This document shows positions 16,983 through 26,241 of a DNA stretch of 64,000 bases, in pieces; within the stretch, counting starts at the first letter, position 1, and each line of letters opens with the position of its first letter. The notes below the pieces were generated by a model. That model had not been told where the DNA came from, did not search any database, and saw only the letters and a list, made by a program, of their open reading frames with translations. The DNA comes from a virus, in IMG/VR virus record IMGVR_UViG_3300030102_007483, positions 7,673-71,672 of that record. The stretch is one strand, 5' to 3'. The position numbers and the translations under genes were made by a program.

Positions 16983-18854
16983 ATGGACGTTTCGCTCGCA
17001 GCACTTCGTAGTCGTTTATACGCCTTGAGGTCATGGGACTCAACCGGCACAACACTCGACAATCGGATCCGTGCTGCACTGAACTTGGCACTCGATCGCA
17101 TCGCTGGAGATATTCCCGAAGCATTGGTGCCCGACGAGGAACACATCGTATTGTTGCCCGACGTAGATGGTCAGGCCGATGTCATTAGCTCTAAGGTTTG
17201 TACCTTCGATAATGACAAGCGTTTGCTGTATTTCGTGGACACTGCAGGCGTTTCGATTGGTGCTGCGGCAAGTGCCACCTCATGGACACCCACTGTGACT
17301 GGTGAGTGGGATGGGATCATGCACCTTGAGATCACGGACTCGACCGGCCGGATTCGTCGTCGTCAGAGTCGAGAGTGGTTCAAGGTGACTTCAAATGCGA
17401 CTCTTTTTTATGTCGTTAGTCTTGACCGCCCAATGCCAGACATCATCGCGGCAAACGCAGGTCAGGATTTTCGAATCCATCAGCCGGAGTTTTTCTTCGC
17501 CGATGACGTCATGGAGGTTTTAGAGCCTGCTAAAATCTTTGATAGCTCACGCCAGAAAGTAACAAAAATTGCCACCTCATCCGCCAACCGTGATGATCTC
17601 TTTGATTTTCAGGGAAGCGCCACCGGTAGGCCGCACACTTGTTGGCGAGACCGGCACTTTCAGATACCAGCCCCTACTCAGGCTCCAGCCATTGTGGAAG
17701 TGGACATACGACAGCCAAAGATACCACCTCAAAAGGGTGCGGAAGTCAAAGCTGATGACGTCAAAAAACCGCCCGTAGAGAAGCCTCCACAAAAGAAAAA
17801 CAGTTGGGCGTCAGCTTCAATCGCATACGAAGGGTCGATCAGCGAAGCTGTCATTGTGGATGAATCAGCAAAGTTGCCCGAACCAGATGGCGCTTACAAA
17901 TGGAACAATGAAAAGTCTTTGAGATCAGGTACTTGGGCTATTCGTTACACATACGTATGGGGCCGGAGAGACGACGAGTTTCAGCAGTCACCATCGATTG
18001 CTCCCGGAGGGGACGAAGATCATGACAGTTCGTTCGACTTGTCTTGGGCGTATGAGACGGGGTCAGTGACATCAACTGTTAGTCGATACACTGGTATCCA
18101 TGATCCAGTTTGGGAAAGCGCACCCTCTCCTGTGACGGTGGTTGAGCAGAAGGATGTGAGCGCAGGGGTAGATGGTGCCCTCGTTCTTTCGGCTACAAAC
18201 ATCGACTCGATGCTCGGATTCGGGGACCCGGCATTCTTCCGGTTCAGCCGATCGGGACTGAGGATTCGTTACTACGTTGCCCATATCGATAAGACAATAT
18301 CTGGTCGAGGAGAATTCAATTCTGTCGAGATCGGTGAGAAGTTTTATCTTCTCTGTGAGGTCGAGCCCACGTTTGATCATGTAGCTGCTCTGAGTGCCGC
18401 AGGTACGGCAGCGCCTTCTGGTTTGACAGGTATCGATCACCTGAAGGGTGGTCGAGTAGTTTGGAACGGTAGCCAGATTTATGATTACTATCGTCCCTTG
18501 AAGCACAGCACTGGATACTACGCGTGGCAGGTTTATCCGCAGCAAGATCAGCGATACGAGCTTGATTTTCGTGTTCTTCGTCTGCCTCGTAAGTTCGTGG
18601 ACGCCCAAGATACTGCGCCTATCCAGAGGGACGCTGTTCCCTGTCTTATAGAGTTGGCGCTATACTATGTCAGTCTTGACGACGGTAACGATCAGACGAG
18701 CGCGCAGGCACATTTAAATCGATATCATGAGTTGATGCGGGGGTTCAGGGATCGATACGCTAATGTGGGTGGTGCGGTCACACCCGTTCCATTTACTGGA
18801 CATCGAGACCGTAGCCGCTATGGTACATTTGGTTCACTTCCATTGGAAGATTAA
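16983..18854 (+). CDS. Head-tail adaptor (P22 gp4/T7 gp11-like) with large insertions
   Basis: N-terminal helices (LAALRSRL...RIRAALNLAL) and C-terminal VYPQQDQRY...DTAPI...LIELALY...AQAHLNRY adaptor motifs. Confidence 0.7.
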   Translation: MDVSLAALRSRLYALRSWDSTGTTLDNRIRAALNLALDRIAGDIPEALVPDEEHIVLLPDVDGQADVISSKVCTFDNDKRLLYFVDTAGVSIGAAASATSWTPTVTGEWDGIMHLEITDSTGRIRRRQSREWFKVTSNATLFYVVSLDRPMPDIIAANAGQDFRIHQPEFFFADDVMEVLEPAKIFDSSRQKVTKIATSSANRDDLFDFQGSATGRPHTCWRDRHFQIPAPTQAPAIVEVDIRQPKIPPQKGAEVKADDVKKPPVEKPPQKKNSWASASIAYEGSISEAVIVDESAKLPEPDGAYKWNNEKSLRSGTWAIRYTYVWGRRDDEFQQSPSIAPGGDEDHDSSFDLSWAYETGSVTSTVSRYTGIHDPVWESAPSPVTVVEQKDVSAGVDGALVLSATNIDSMLGFGDPAFFRFSRSGLRIRYYVAHIDKTISGRGEFNSVEIGEKFYLLCEVEPTFDHVAALSAAGTAAPSGLTGIDHLKGGRVVWNGSQIYDYYRPLKHSTGYYAWQVYPQQDQRYELDFRVLRLPRKFVDAQDTAPIQRDAVPCLIELALYYVSLDDGNDQTSAQAHLNRYHELMRGFRDRYANVGGAVTPVPFTGHRDRSRYGTFGSLPLED

Positions 18855-18897
18855 TTGGCTTGGTTCCCTTCGGGGAAGAACAACAAAGAGGTAGTAC

Positions 18898-19407
18898 ATG
18901 TCCGAAATCAAAAAATTCTATACAACTCTCACTGCAATTCCACGACCCAAAGTTGGGGATCGGTTTTATCGTACGACGCTCGTCAAACAATATGAGGAAG
19001 CTCTTATTGTCAGCATGCTCAGTCAGAGCGAGGACTCGGAAAACTGGTCTGCGACCCTCATGACTAAGAATGGTTTGGAGCAAGTGAGCGGGAACGTCGA
19101 GCACCGCAGTATTCATGATTGGATGCCTGTTGGTTGGCGTTTTGACGCTACGCTCGTCGGATGGATTCCGCCTGAGAGTGTTTTGCGAGACGACAGCAAA
19201 GATGCTGCAGATATCGAGGATCCCGTTGAGGCTGAAGCCGCAGCAACCACTGATGTGTTTGTAGTACCTGCACCGTGGGAGGGCGAAAAGTTCATGTCTT
19301 GGCGTTCGCGTGTGCTTAAGTCTGTGCCTGCACTCAAGGGTAAACGTGCGATCCAATCAAAGCTTTCCGACTCATGGAAGTCGAAGCAGTATGAAATCAC
19401 TATTTAG
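18898..19407 (+). CDS. Hypothetical protein
   Basis: SD GAGGT; 169 aa. Confidence 0.7.
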   Translation: MSEIKKFYTTLTAIPRPKVGDRFYRTTLVKQYEEALIVSMLSQSEDSENWSATLMTKNGLEQVSGNVEHRSIHDWMPVGWRFDATLVGWIPPESVLRDDSKDAADIEDPVEAEAAATTDVFVVPAPWEGEKFMSWRSRVLKSVPALKGKRAIQSKLSDSWKSKQYEITI

Positions 19408-19419
19408 TAGGGGTTGAAT

Positions 19420-21888
19420 GTGGCTGGACCCACTCGTCAACAAACTAACTCTGTCATTGTACCTCCCGGAGAGGGCCGCAAAGCGTACGCTTCTGCCTCT
19501 CTTGCTTGGTTTGTGGAAAACCTTGAGATGGAGGACGATGATTGTTTGAAGAGTGTAGTGGGTCCATCCATACTTAGAATTGGTGAGTCTGTTGAGGTAG
19601 AGACCTCACCACCACCCTCGCAGTCAACAGTTTTTGTGCCTGATCTCAGCACTGGTGTGACGTGTGAGGGGGCGAACGATTTGGGTTCTTCGTTTGCTGA
19701 TTTTGGTTTTAAAGCCGGAAGCAGACCCCACAGCATTTTTGCTGCAAACCTCATGAACGGTTCCGTCAATACTTTGATATATCGTTTTGGTACGCGACTC
19801 TTCCGCTTCAAGGGTGGTGTAGATGAGCCTGATGAGGTGATCGAGTCTGGCTTAAGTTCTGTCGAGAACCCCCGTTTTCCAGACCAATACGTGACCATCG
19901 GTAACACTATTGTTTGGACAAATGGAGTTGATCATCCGAGAGTGATGCTGTACACCGGGGATGTCTTTGACTTAGGATTCAAGATAAAGGCGTCAACACC
20001 AAGTGTCGCAGGTCCAACACAACCTGACTTTGACGAAATACCACAATACTTCCCAAACTCTGTTGGATACTCATGGCCCGGTCGCATTGGAACGCCGGGT
20101 GATGTACTTGCGGGGAGGGAGGGATCACTACTCAACGGTGGTTGGTACTATTATTTTCAGTTCGAAGATTTGTTCGGTAATCTCTCTGCGTTTTCGAGCC
20201 CAAGTGAGCCTGTATCGATCAACTCAAATCAAGCTGATCCGTATGTGTCTGTCCGTAATGGTAAGCCGAGATACATCGCAGATACAGAATCGGCGGCTAC
20301 ATTTGCTTATGGCGGCCCCCGCACAGAGGCTGCTCAGGGCACGGAGATTGATGACCTGACTCGTAGGTTTCTTGTCCGTTTCAACGGTGACGCACCCGAA
20401 AATTCCGTCGCCGTCCGAGTCTTTCGAACCCCTGACACCAAACATGTTGGTAATGATCCACAATTTTTGGCTCGTGTTCCGGGCTCAGGTCAGTTTACTT
20501 TCGATGATAACAAAAGTGATTCAGAGCTTGGTCTTGTTTGGGAAGAGACGGTTGAGACGCCTGTGTTCCGCGTTGCTTGTTCCCATCAAGGCAGATTGAT
20601 TGTCGGTAACATTTCAGGCGATCCGGGTGCTGTTCGTCAGTCCCGTCCGGGTCTTCCGGGAACATTTAGTAAATTCGACATCGTTTACCCCGATGCGGGG
20701 GGAGCAGAGATAACCGGACTGGTCTCACACAATGGCCACCTGTTGGCTTTCACTGAAAACGCGACGTACGCCATTGGGCAAGATTTTAAGATGGCCCAAC
20801 CAGTGTCACTGGGCGTAGGCTGCATGGCACCAAGATCCATCAACGCATTGCCAGATGGTACATTGATGTGGCTTGGTAGAGACGGTTTCTACGGTATGAG
20901 GAGTTTTGGTCAGATTGTTCGCATGAGCATGCCGATCGAACAATCCTTTAAGACTGACGTCAACTCTTCTCGAATGCATATGGCAGTCTCTGTAATCGAC
21001 TCAGAAACAAAAGAGTATCGCTGCGCTCTAGCCAAGTCAGGTGAAACACATAATCGTCTGATGTTTTGTTTCGACGGAAAGTATTGGAGACGTCAAACTC
21101 TTGGAATTCACATAGCGGATATGTGTAACAGCAAGGACTGGCGTAAGTACACTTTTGTGGCTGGATTAGATCCTAGAGAAAAAGACCTTTCGTTAAAGGC
21201 AAAATTTTCTGGTGCAACAAACAAAGACATATCGACTGCGGTAGAAAATAGGACTCACGACTACAGTAGAGTTTTTGTTCTCGACCGGCAGACTACTGAT
21301 TACTTCGGTCCACCACGACGGATTAGGTATCGATCGAGTTGGATACAAGCTTCGGAAAACGGGCTTGTGCCGACGAACGTACGAACCTTGTACGTTGGAC
21401 TAAAGGATGCTTGGAACGGATTCGCGACGGTCAGAATCTACAAAAATGGGTCATGGAAACCTTTCCAAGAAATGAAAGATCTGCTTCTGGTTGGGCCCGA
21501 TGACGAGTCTGACGTAGTTAACGACATTGCAGGTAATGCGGTTTACGGAGAGTCGAAGGTGCATCGTCCGCGCTTGTTTTGGCGTCAGGTGCCCGTGGAT
21601 CTACACAATGTAAATTCATGGGCCTTCGAGATTGAATTGATTGGTTGGCCATCTGGTATGCCCCTTGCAGCGTCAAGCATTCCGTCGTCCGTGGGCAAAA
21701 ACGATAAATCCTCTTACATCGATCTTTTTGGGTCAAACAAAGATGGCATTGAATCCTTCAACGAGAAAATGCAAAATCCGAAGTCTCTGGAGCTTGGACG
21801 CCTGCGACTCGCTGCTTTTGCTTTCGACGTAAGTATTGCTACTATGGGATCGCCGTTCGGTCGAGTTCCAAAGAGAATGGACGAGTAG
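19420..21888 (+). CDS. Tail nozzle/stabilisation protein (P22 gp10/T7 gp12-like beta-propeller)
   Basis: WTNGVDHP, HQGRLIVG, ITGLVSHNGHLLAFTE, GVGCMAPRSI, LMWLGRDGFY, MSMPI motifs. Confidence 0.85.
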   Translation: MAGPTRQQTNSVIVPPGEGRKAYASASLAWFVENLEMEDDDCLKSVVGPSILRIGESVEVETSPPPSQSTVFVPDLSTGVTCEGANDLGSSFADFGFKAGSRPHSIFAANLMNGSVNTLIYRFGTRLFRFKGGVDEPDEVIESGLSSVENPRFPDQYVTIGNTIVWTNGVDHPRVMLYTGDVFDLGFKIKASTPSVAGPTQPDFDEIPQYFPNSVGYSWPGRIGTPGDVLAGREGSLLNGGWYYYFQFEDLFGNLSAFSSPSEPVSINSNQADPYVSVRNGKPRYIADTESAATFAYGGPRTEAAQGTEIDDLTRRFLVRFNGDAPENSVAVRVFRTPDTKHVGNDPQFLARVPGSGQFTFDDNKSDSELGLVWEETVETPVFRVACSHQGRLIVGNISGDPGAVRQSRPGLPGTFSKFDIVYPDAGGAEITGLVSHNGHLLAFTENATYAIGQDFKMAQPVSLGVGCMAPRSINALPDGTLMWLGRDGFYGMRSFGQIVRMSMPIEQSFKTDVNSSRMHMAVSVIDSETKEYRCALAKSGETHNRLMFCFDGKYWRRQTLGIHIADMCNSKDWRKYTFVAGLDPREKDLSLKAKFSGATNKDISTAVENRTHDYSRVFVLDRQTTDYFGPPRRIRYRSSWIQASENGLVPTNVRTLYVGLKDAWNGFATVRIYKNGSWKPFQEMKDLLLVGPDDESDVVNDIAGNAVYGESKVHRPRLFWRQVPVDLHNVNSWAFEIELIGWPSGMPLAASSIPSSVGKNDKSSYIDLFGSNKDGIESFNEKMQNPKSLELGRLRLAAFAFDVSIATMGSPFGRVPKRMDE

Positions 21889-21889
21889 T

Positions 21890-24481
21890 ATGCCCTTTAT
21901 TTTTCCGAAACGTTTTCTCCGTCCTCGCGACGTACTCGATCCTTTTGAGTACAACCAAGACAAGGAGCCTGTTCAGGAACTTCTTGACGGAGAGTTGGAC
22001 CGAACAAACTTCAACGGAAAAAGGTTGAAGAGTGAACTGAAGCCTCACCCCGAAAGTGACACCGGTCTTGGTTCAGAACTGGAATTTGAACGTAGTGTCG
22101 CCGAGGACGCGTACTATCAAATGTTTAGGGCCGAGTCCGAAGTACCGACAATTTTTGAGAGTGGCGAACCGACGGACACATCAGGCAAAAAAGCTGCGTT
22201 GGGGATACCAATTAATAAGTTTCGAGGGGTTCCAAATTTCTTTCATTTTGCTGGTAAGGAGTTTCGTGAGGATGATCTCAATAGCCAAGCTGAGGCTGAA
22301 ACCGGATCTACAAATTTCTACACCAACTACACGTCAGATCCCTTTGTAGTTCCTAACAGCGGAGAATGGGACGCGGTTACGGGGGCGTCCTGTGTTGTGC
22401 CTTCAGGTCAGGATAACCTCTACATCAATGCTTTTCTTCAGTACGTATGGCAGGGATTCTTCGAGCCCAAGCCACCATGGCGATACGAAGGTGCCACCGC
22501 AAGAACTACACGGTTTTCCTACATGGGCAATCATAAACCCGCTAAAGGAAAGTGTGCCCAGAGAGAAGCTCAAAACTTGAATAATTTTGGTCCCAGCGAC
22601 AACTGGGTTTTTTGGCAAACTGCTTATAGTTTTAATGCGGGACTAAAAACATTCAATGAGTCTACGGGTGAGGCGACATTCAAAACACCATTTGAGGGTG
22701 AGTTGTCGACGGGTCAAACGCCTATGATTCAAGCTTATCCTTACGCCTACCCGTTGAACGAAGCCTCAGCCACGGAAGAGGCAGAAAGGCCCCAACTCGG
22801 AGGGTATCATCACATTTCGAAAGGTTTTTACCCGTGTCTGGTCCAATTTGCAATTCGTGTTGACGGTAGGATTCTAGACGACACAATTACGGGTAAAACA
22901 TTTTCTTTTGAGGAATCGGCTCACGGACTACGAATTGACGACAGTGCTCTCGTTGGCGATTCAGATGGTAAGTTTGTGTTCGGTCAACGCAGTGCTTCAA
23001 ACTCTATGAGCTACGAGGACACAAAAAACGCTCGCCCCGGACAAAAGATTCGTGCCTCCAGAGCAACAGCATGTGGCCCAGAAATCCTACCGGTCAGAAT
23101 CGGCGCTGTTATCCCTGTGAGTCCCGGTTCTCACACGGTTGAAATCGTGGCTCGCAGACTTATTAGGAAACGTAAAAAGTTCGAGGTAGGTGATTTCGTT
23201 GGGGTTTTTAGTCGCCGACTGAACGTCATGAAGCTACCAATTTTTCCGGTAAATGTCGACGGATCGTCTGTTGAATCAGCCGTGACCACCAAATCTTTGG
23301 TGACGGAAGATTTGATTGACAACAGTCAAAAGCGAGACTTCCAAGCTTTGGAGGATCGCGTCAATAACATTCGATCTTCCGATATTAAAAAACATTCCTT
23401 GCCTCACACGCACCTCCCATCGAAAGTCACAAAATTTGCTTCGGTGGGCGTATCTCCGAGTTTCAGCGTAGGTGAGAATCGAGAAACCGTATCAAGCTGC
23501 GTGATTAGTTCTCGGTTTCCCGGATTCAAAAATTTACAGTATTTAGATAGGCGAGTCATCGACACGGCAAACCATGTGACAGCAGCGTTTGGGTTTAGCA
23601 CTGCTTTAACTGGTGCTGGTTGGCAGTTGCTGCATGACGGAGAGTCTGGCTCTGATCAAGACTTTCTATCGATCAAAGACGAAACTGGCGGATCGTTGTC
23701 GATCGCCGAAAACGAAAAAATGCTGATCTTTGCCGACGTCGAAGTGCGCGGTATCCGGCCTGAGCTTGATATGAGGGTTTCGAGTCTTATCGAAAAATTC
23801 TTAGCTGGTGAAGCGCATCCGAGAGATGTGTCAGATTTTTATTCCTTTATTCTTCCCGACCGATATCTAGACTTATTTGCGTTGTTTAATATTGGTTATC
23901 GAACTGGAACCGACTCGTTTGACAACTGGACAATTGGGTCAAAGTTTGCGCCTGCAGTTATAAACTCATCGAATTGGTTGAACCGCACTGCTGCGTTCCT
24001 ACCTTCGTTCGAGTTTGAGACTAAACACATGGTTGCTACTCAGGGAGGGAATGTTCAGTCGGAGGTTGGAATAGACTCCACAGTTCGTGTAGATTTGAGA
24101 GGGAATCAGGGTGCCCCGAATAATTTGGGTATTACCGTCCCCCTGATGCTTTGTCTTGACTCAAGTGATTTTGCCTCCGAGGCCGATCGTTCCATTACAG
24201 AAATAGGTGTTTTAGGCTGTACCGCGATGCCTTTTTGGTGGGATGGGCTTGTTGCTCATAGCGCATCAAGTTGCACTAAAAGTCGCCAAGAAGGATTAGA
24301 GGCCGTGGTGCCTGACCCTGATGACGGATCGGGGGCGGAGTTGAGCACGACAGAAAAAAGTTTTATGAACGCTTGGATGAGCCCCGCACGCAGCCTTGAG
24401 ACGCCGGGACGTGGGATACTGTCTGGTGTTGACGCTCATATTGGTCGATGCCGACTTACCGTTATCAAAATGTTGAAGTGA
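21890..24481 (+). CDS. Tail collar/short-fibre protein containing two tandem homologous modules
   Basis: Start MPFIFPK 1 nt after the nozzle stop; anchor motif (DG)ELDRTN, repeated internally as VNNIRSSDI. Confidence 0.6.
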   Translation: MPFIFPKRFLRPRDVLDPFEYNQDKEPVQELLDGELDRTNFNGKRLKSELKPHPESDTGLGSELEFERSVAEDAYYQMFRAESEVPTIFESGEPTDTSGKKAALGIPINKFRGVPNFFHFAGKEFREDDLNSQAEAETGSTNFYTNYTSDPFVVPNSGEWDAVTGASCVVPSGQDNLYINAFLQYVWQGFFEPKPPWRYEGATARTTRFSYMGNHKPAKGKCAQREAQNLNNFGPSDNWVFWQTAYSFNAGLKTFNESTGEATFKTPFEGELSTGQTPMIQAYPYAYPLNEASATEEAERPQLGGYHHISKGFYPCLVQFAIRVDGRILDDTITGKTFSFEESAHGLRIDDSALVGDSDGKFVFGQRSASNSMSYEDTKNARPGQKIRASRATACGPEILPVRIGAVIPVSPGSHTVEIVARRLIRKRKKFEVGDFVGVFSRRLNVMKLPIFPVNVDGSSVESAVTTKSLVTEDLIDNSQKRDFQALEDRVNNIRSSDIKKHSLPHTHLPSKVTKFASVGVSPSFSVGENRETVSSCVISSRFPGFKNLQYLDRRVIDTANHVTAAFGFSTALTGAGWQLLHDGESGSDQDFLSIKDETGGSLSIAENEKMLIFADVEVRGIRPELDMRVSSLIEKFLAGEAHPRDVSDFYSFILPDRYLDLFALFNIGYRTGTDSFDNWTIGSKFAPAVINSSNWLNRTAAFLPSFEFETKHMVATQGGNVQSEVGIDSTVRVDLRGNQGAPNNLGITVPLMLCLDSSDFASEADRSITEIGVLGCTAMPFWWDGLVAHSASSCTKSRQEGLEAVVPDPDDGSGAELSTTEKSFMNAWMSPARSLETPGRGILSGVDAHIGRCRLTVIKMLK

Positions 24482-24484
24482 CGT

Positions 24485-25435
24485 ATGCCTAAAATTCAAT
24501 TGGACCTTTCGCCGTTTTCCGAGTCTGAAAAAATATTACGAACTACGGATCCTAAAGCTGCGGCTCGTGTGGATGAGCCGTATACAGAAAACATACATGC
24601 TCGCCCTGACGTCAGAGACGCGGCCGAATCTGCGGAATTTGTTGTTTCGGGTTCAGCAATCAGAGAGGGATTGATGTCGGCCTCGAATGGATTGTTGGAT
24701 TCTTTCAATCTGCACTCAGGCACAGAAATTAGAGACATACACGTCATGCCTGAGCAAGCTTCGTATGCTCGAATGGAATCATATACAGACTCCTCGACTC
24801 TTTACGGAAACGGAATGGGTCAACGGAACATGGGGGAAAAGAACGAAAGGTTTGTCACGCTTCCCGGTGTTACGATCCGTTGGTTTCAGCCCTTCGACAC
24901 TACAGTCAGTCTGATGCACTGGGATTTATTTTTTAGCTACAACAACTGGCAGGGCGAATACGTAGACAAAGAGGCGCGGTTTAGCAACAACGGCAGAAAA
25001 ACAAAAATGGATCTTCAATGTATTCTAGACGGTGAGTACATCCCGTTTACTAAACGAAGAATATCAGAAAATATGTTTCACCCTGTGTCTCCGGGATTTA
25101 AGAACACGGTTCCCGAAATTCCCGGTCCCGGACGTAATCTCTATAGTACCTACCCAGAAGGTTTAGAGAATAAACAAGGTGGTGGACCGAAGTATTGTTT
25201 TTCCGAAGCTCACTCGGCCGCACCATTAAGCCTTCATTTTGCACAAGCACTTACCAAAGGGTTTCACGAGATTTCCGTGCAGGTCAAAACAGTAAACATT
25301 GGAGGCGAGGCCGTGTATGTTCAGAACATTGGATCTGAGCATCGTACTTCTCAAGTCCGTGGCCGAGGATTTTTCGAGTTATGTGCAAAGCTAAGTTTAG
25401 GAATCCGAAACGCTCGAGTGATTTCGCTTTTGTAA
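24485..25435 (+). CDS. Tail collar/short-fibre protein, paralogous to the modules of the upstream gene
   Basis: NGLLDSFNL, CILDGEYI, LTKGFHEISVQ match equivalent motifs of the upstream protein. Confidence 0.6.
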   Translation: MPKIQLDLSPFSESEKILRTTDPKAAARVDEPYTENIHARPDVRDAAESAEFVVSGSAIREGLMSASNGLLDSFNLHSGTEIRDIHVMPEQASYARMESYTDSSTLYGNGMGQRNMGEKNERFVTLPGVTIRWFQPFDTTVSLMHWDLFFSYNNWQGEYVDKEARFSNNGRKTKMDLQCILDGEYIPFTKRRISENMFHPVSPGFKNTVPEIPGPGRNLYSTYPEGLENKQGGGPKYCFSEAHSAAPLSLHFAQALTKGFHEISVQVKTVNIGGEAVYVQNIGSEHRTSQVRGRGFFELCAKLSLGIRNARVISLL

Positions 25436-25464
25436 ACGCGCTATACTTCGCGGGGAGAGCAAAT

Positions 25465-26241
25465 ATGACACCCATTTTTCCGCCGTTCCATCCGATCGCA
25501 ATCGTTTGTATTCTTGTTTTTGGGTTGATGTGTCTGTTTCTCGGAGGCACCCTGTCGACGGATGTACTCTACGCTATAGACCCTTTTACGGGGACAGCCA
25601 TAGCTTTGGGTGTCGCTAAAGTTGCCTCTGACGTCGTTAGCGGTTTGCGAGAAGCTAAGGCAGGTAGAGACGCCATTAAAAACCTTAGGGCAAGTCCAGA
25701 GTTCAAAGCTTTAAGTGCCGAACAAAAGAAAGCCCGAGAGCGTCAAGAAGCCGATTCATATGGCCTGAGTGCCGCCGCAAAGCGAAAACTTGGGATCGAA
25801 TCCGGTAAGCAGTTCAAAGCCTCTGTCGCTAAGACTCAGGCAGATTTACAAGCCGGCAAAGCAGACCCAACAAAGATGGCTGGTAGCCGAGAATTGGTCG
25901 ATAGGATCTCAGCCGGAGCGGCAGATACGGCAGTCAAGACTGCTGCTGCAGCTGAGGAGCAATCCGGAAAGCTCGCTATGGCTCAAAAGGCTCAAGACTC
26001 CAAGACTATCGCTACCGCAGCCAGTCAGGCACAGGCCTTAATCGCGGCAGATGAGCAGGCAAAGCTGAAGCGAGATCAGGCGATTCTTGGTGGTGTATCA
26101 GACGCAGCAAGTATGGGCTTAGACGCGACGTTAGGGTTGGCTCAAAATCAAGCTAACCGCCGCTTGGACGCATCAAAGGTCAACGTGGGCACCGATCCCA
26201 ATATGATACCGGGGTCAACTAATACTGGGACGGGATTCTAA
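25465..26241 (+). CDS. Ejection (internal virion) protein 1, gp7/gp14-like
   Basis: SD GGGGAG; hydrophobic N-terminus, DPFTGTAIALG, Ala/Gln-rich helices; first of the post-tail cluster. Confidence 0.7.
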   Translation: MTPIFPPFHPIAIVCILVFGLMCLFLGGTLSTDVLYAIDPFTGTAIALGVAKVASDVVSGLREAKAGRDAIKNLRASPEFKALSAEQKKARERQEADSYGLSAAAKRKLGIESGKQFKASVAKTQADLQAGKADPTKMAGSRELVDRISAGAADTAVKTAAAAEEQSGKLAMAQKAQDSKTIATAASQAQALIAADEQAKLKRDQAILGGVSDAASMGLDATLGLAQNQANRRLDASKVNVGTDPNMIPGSTNTGTGF

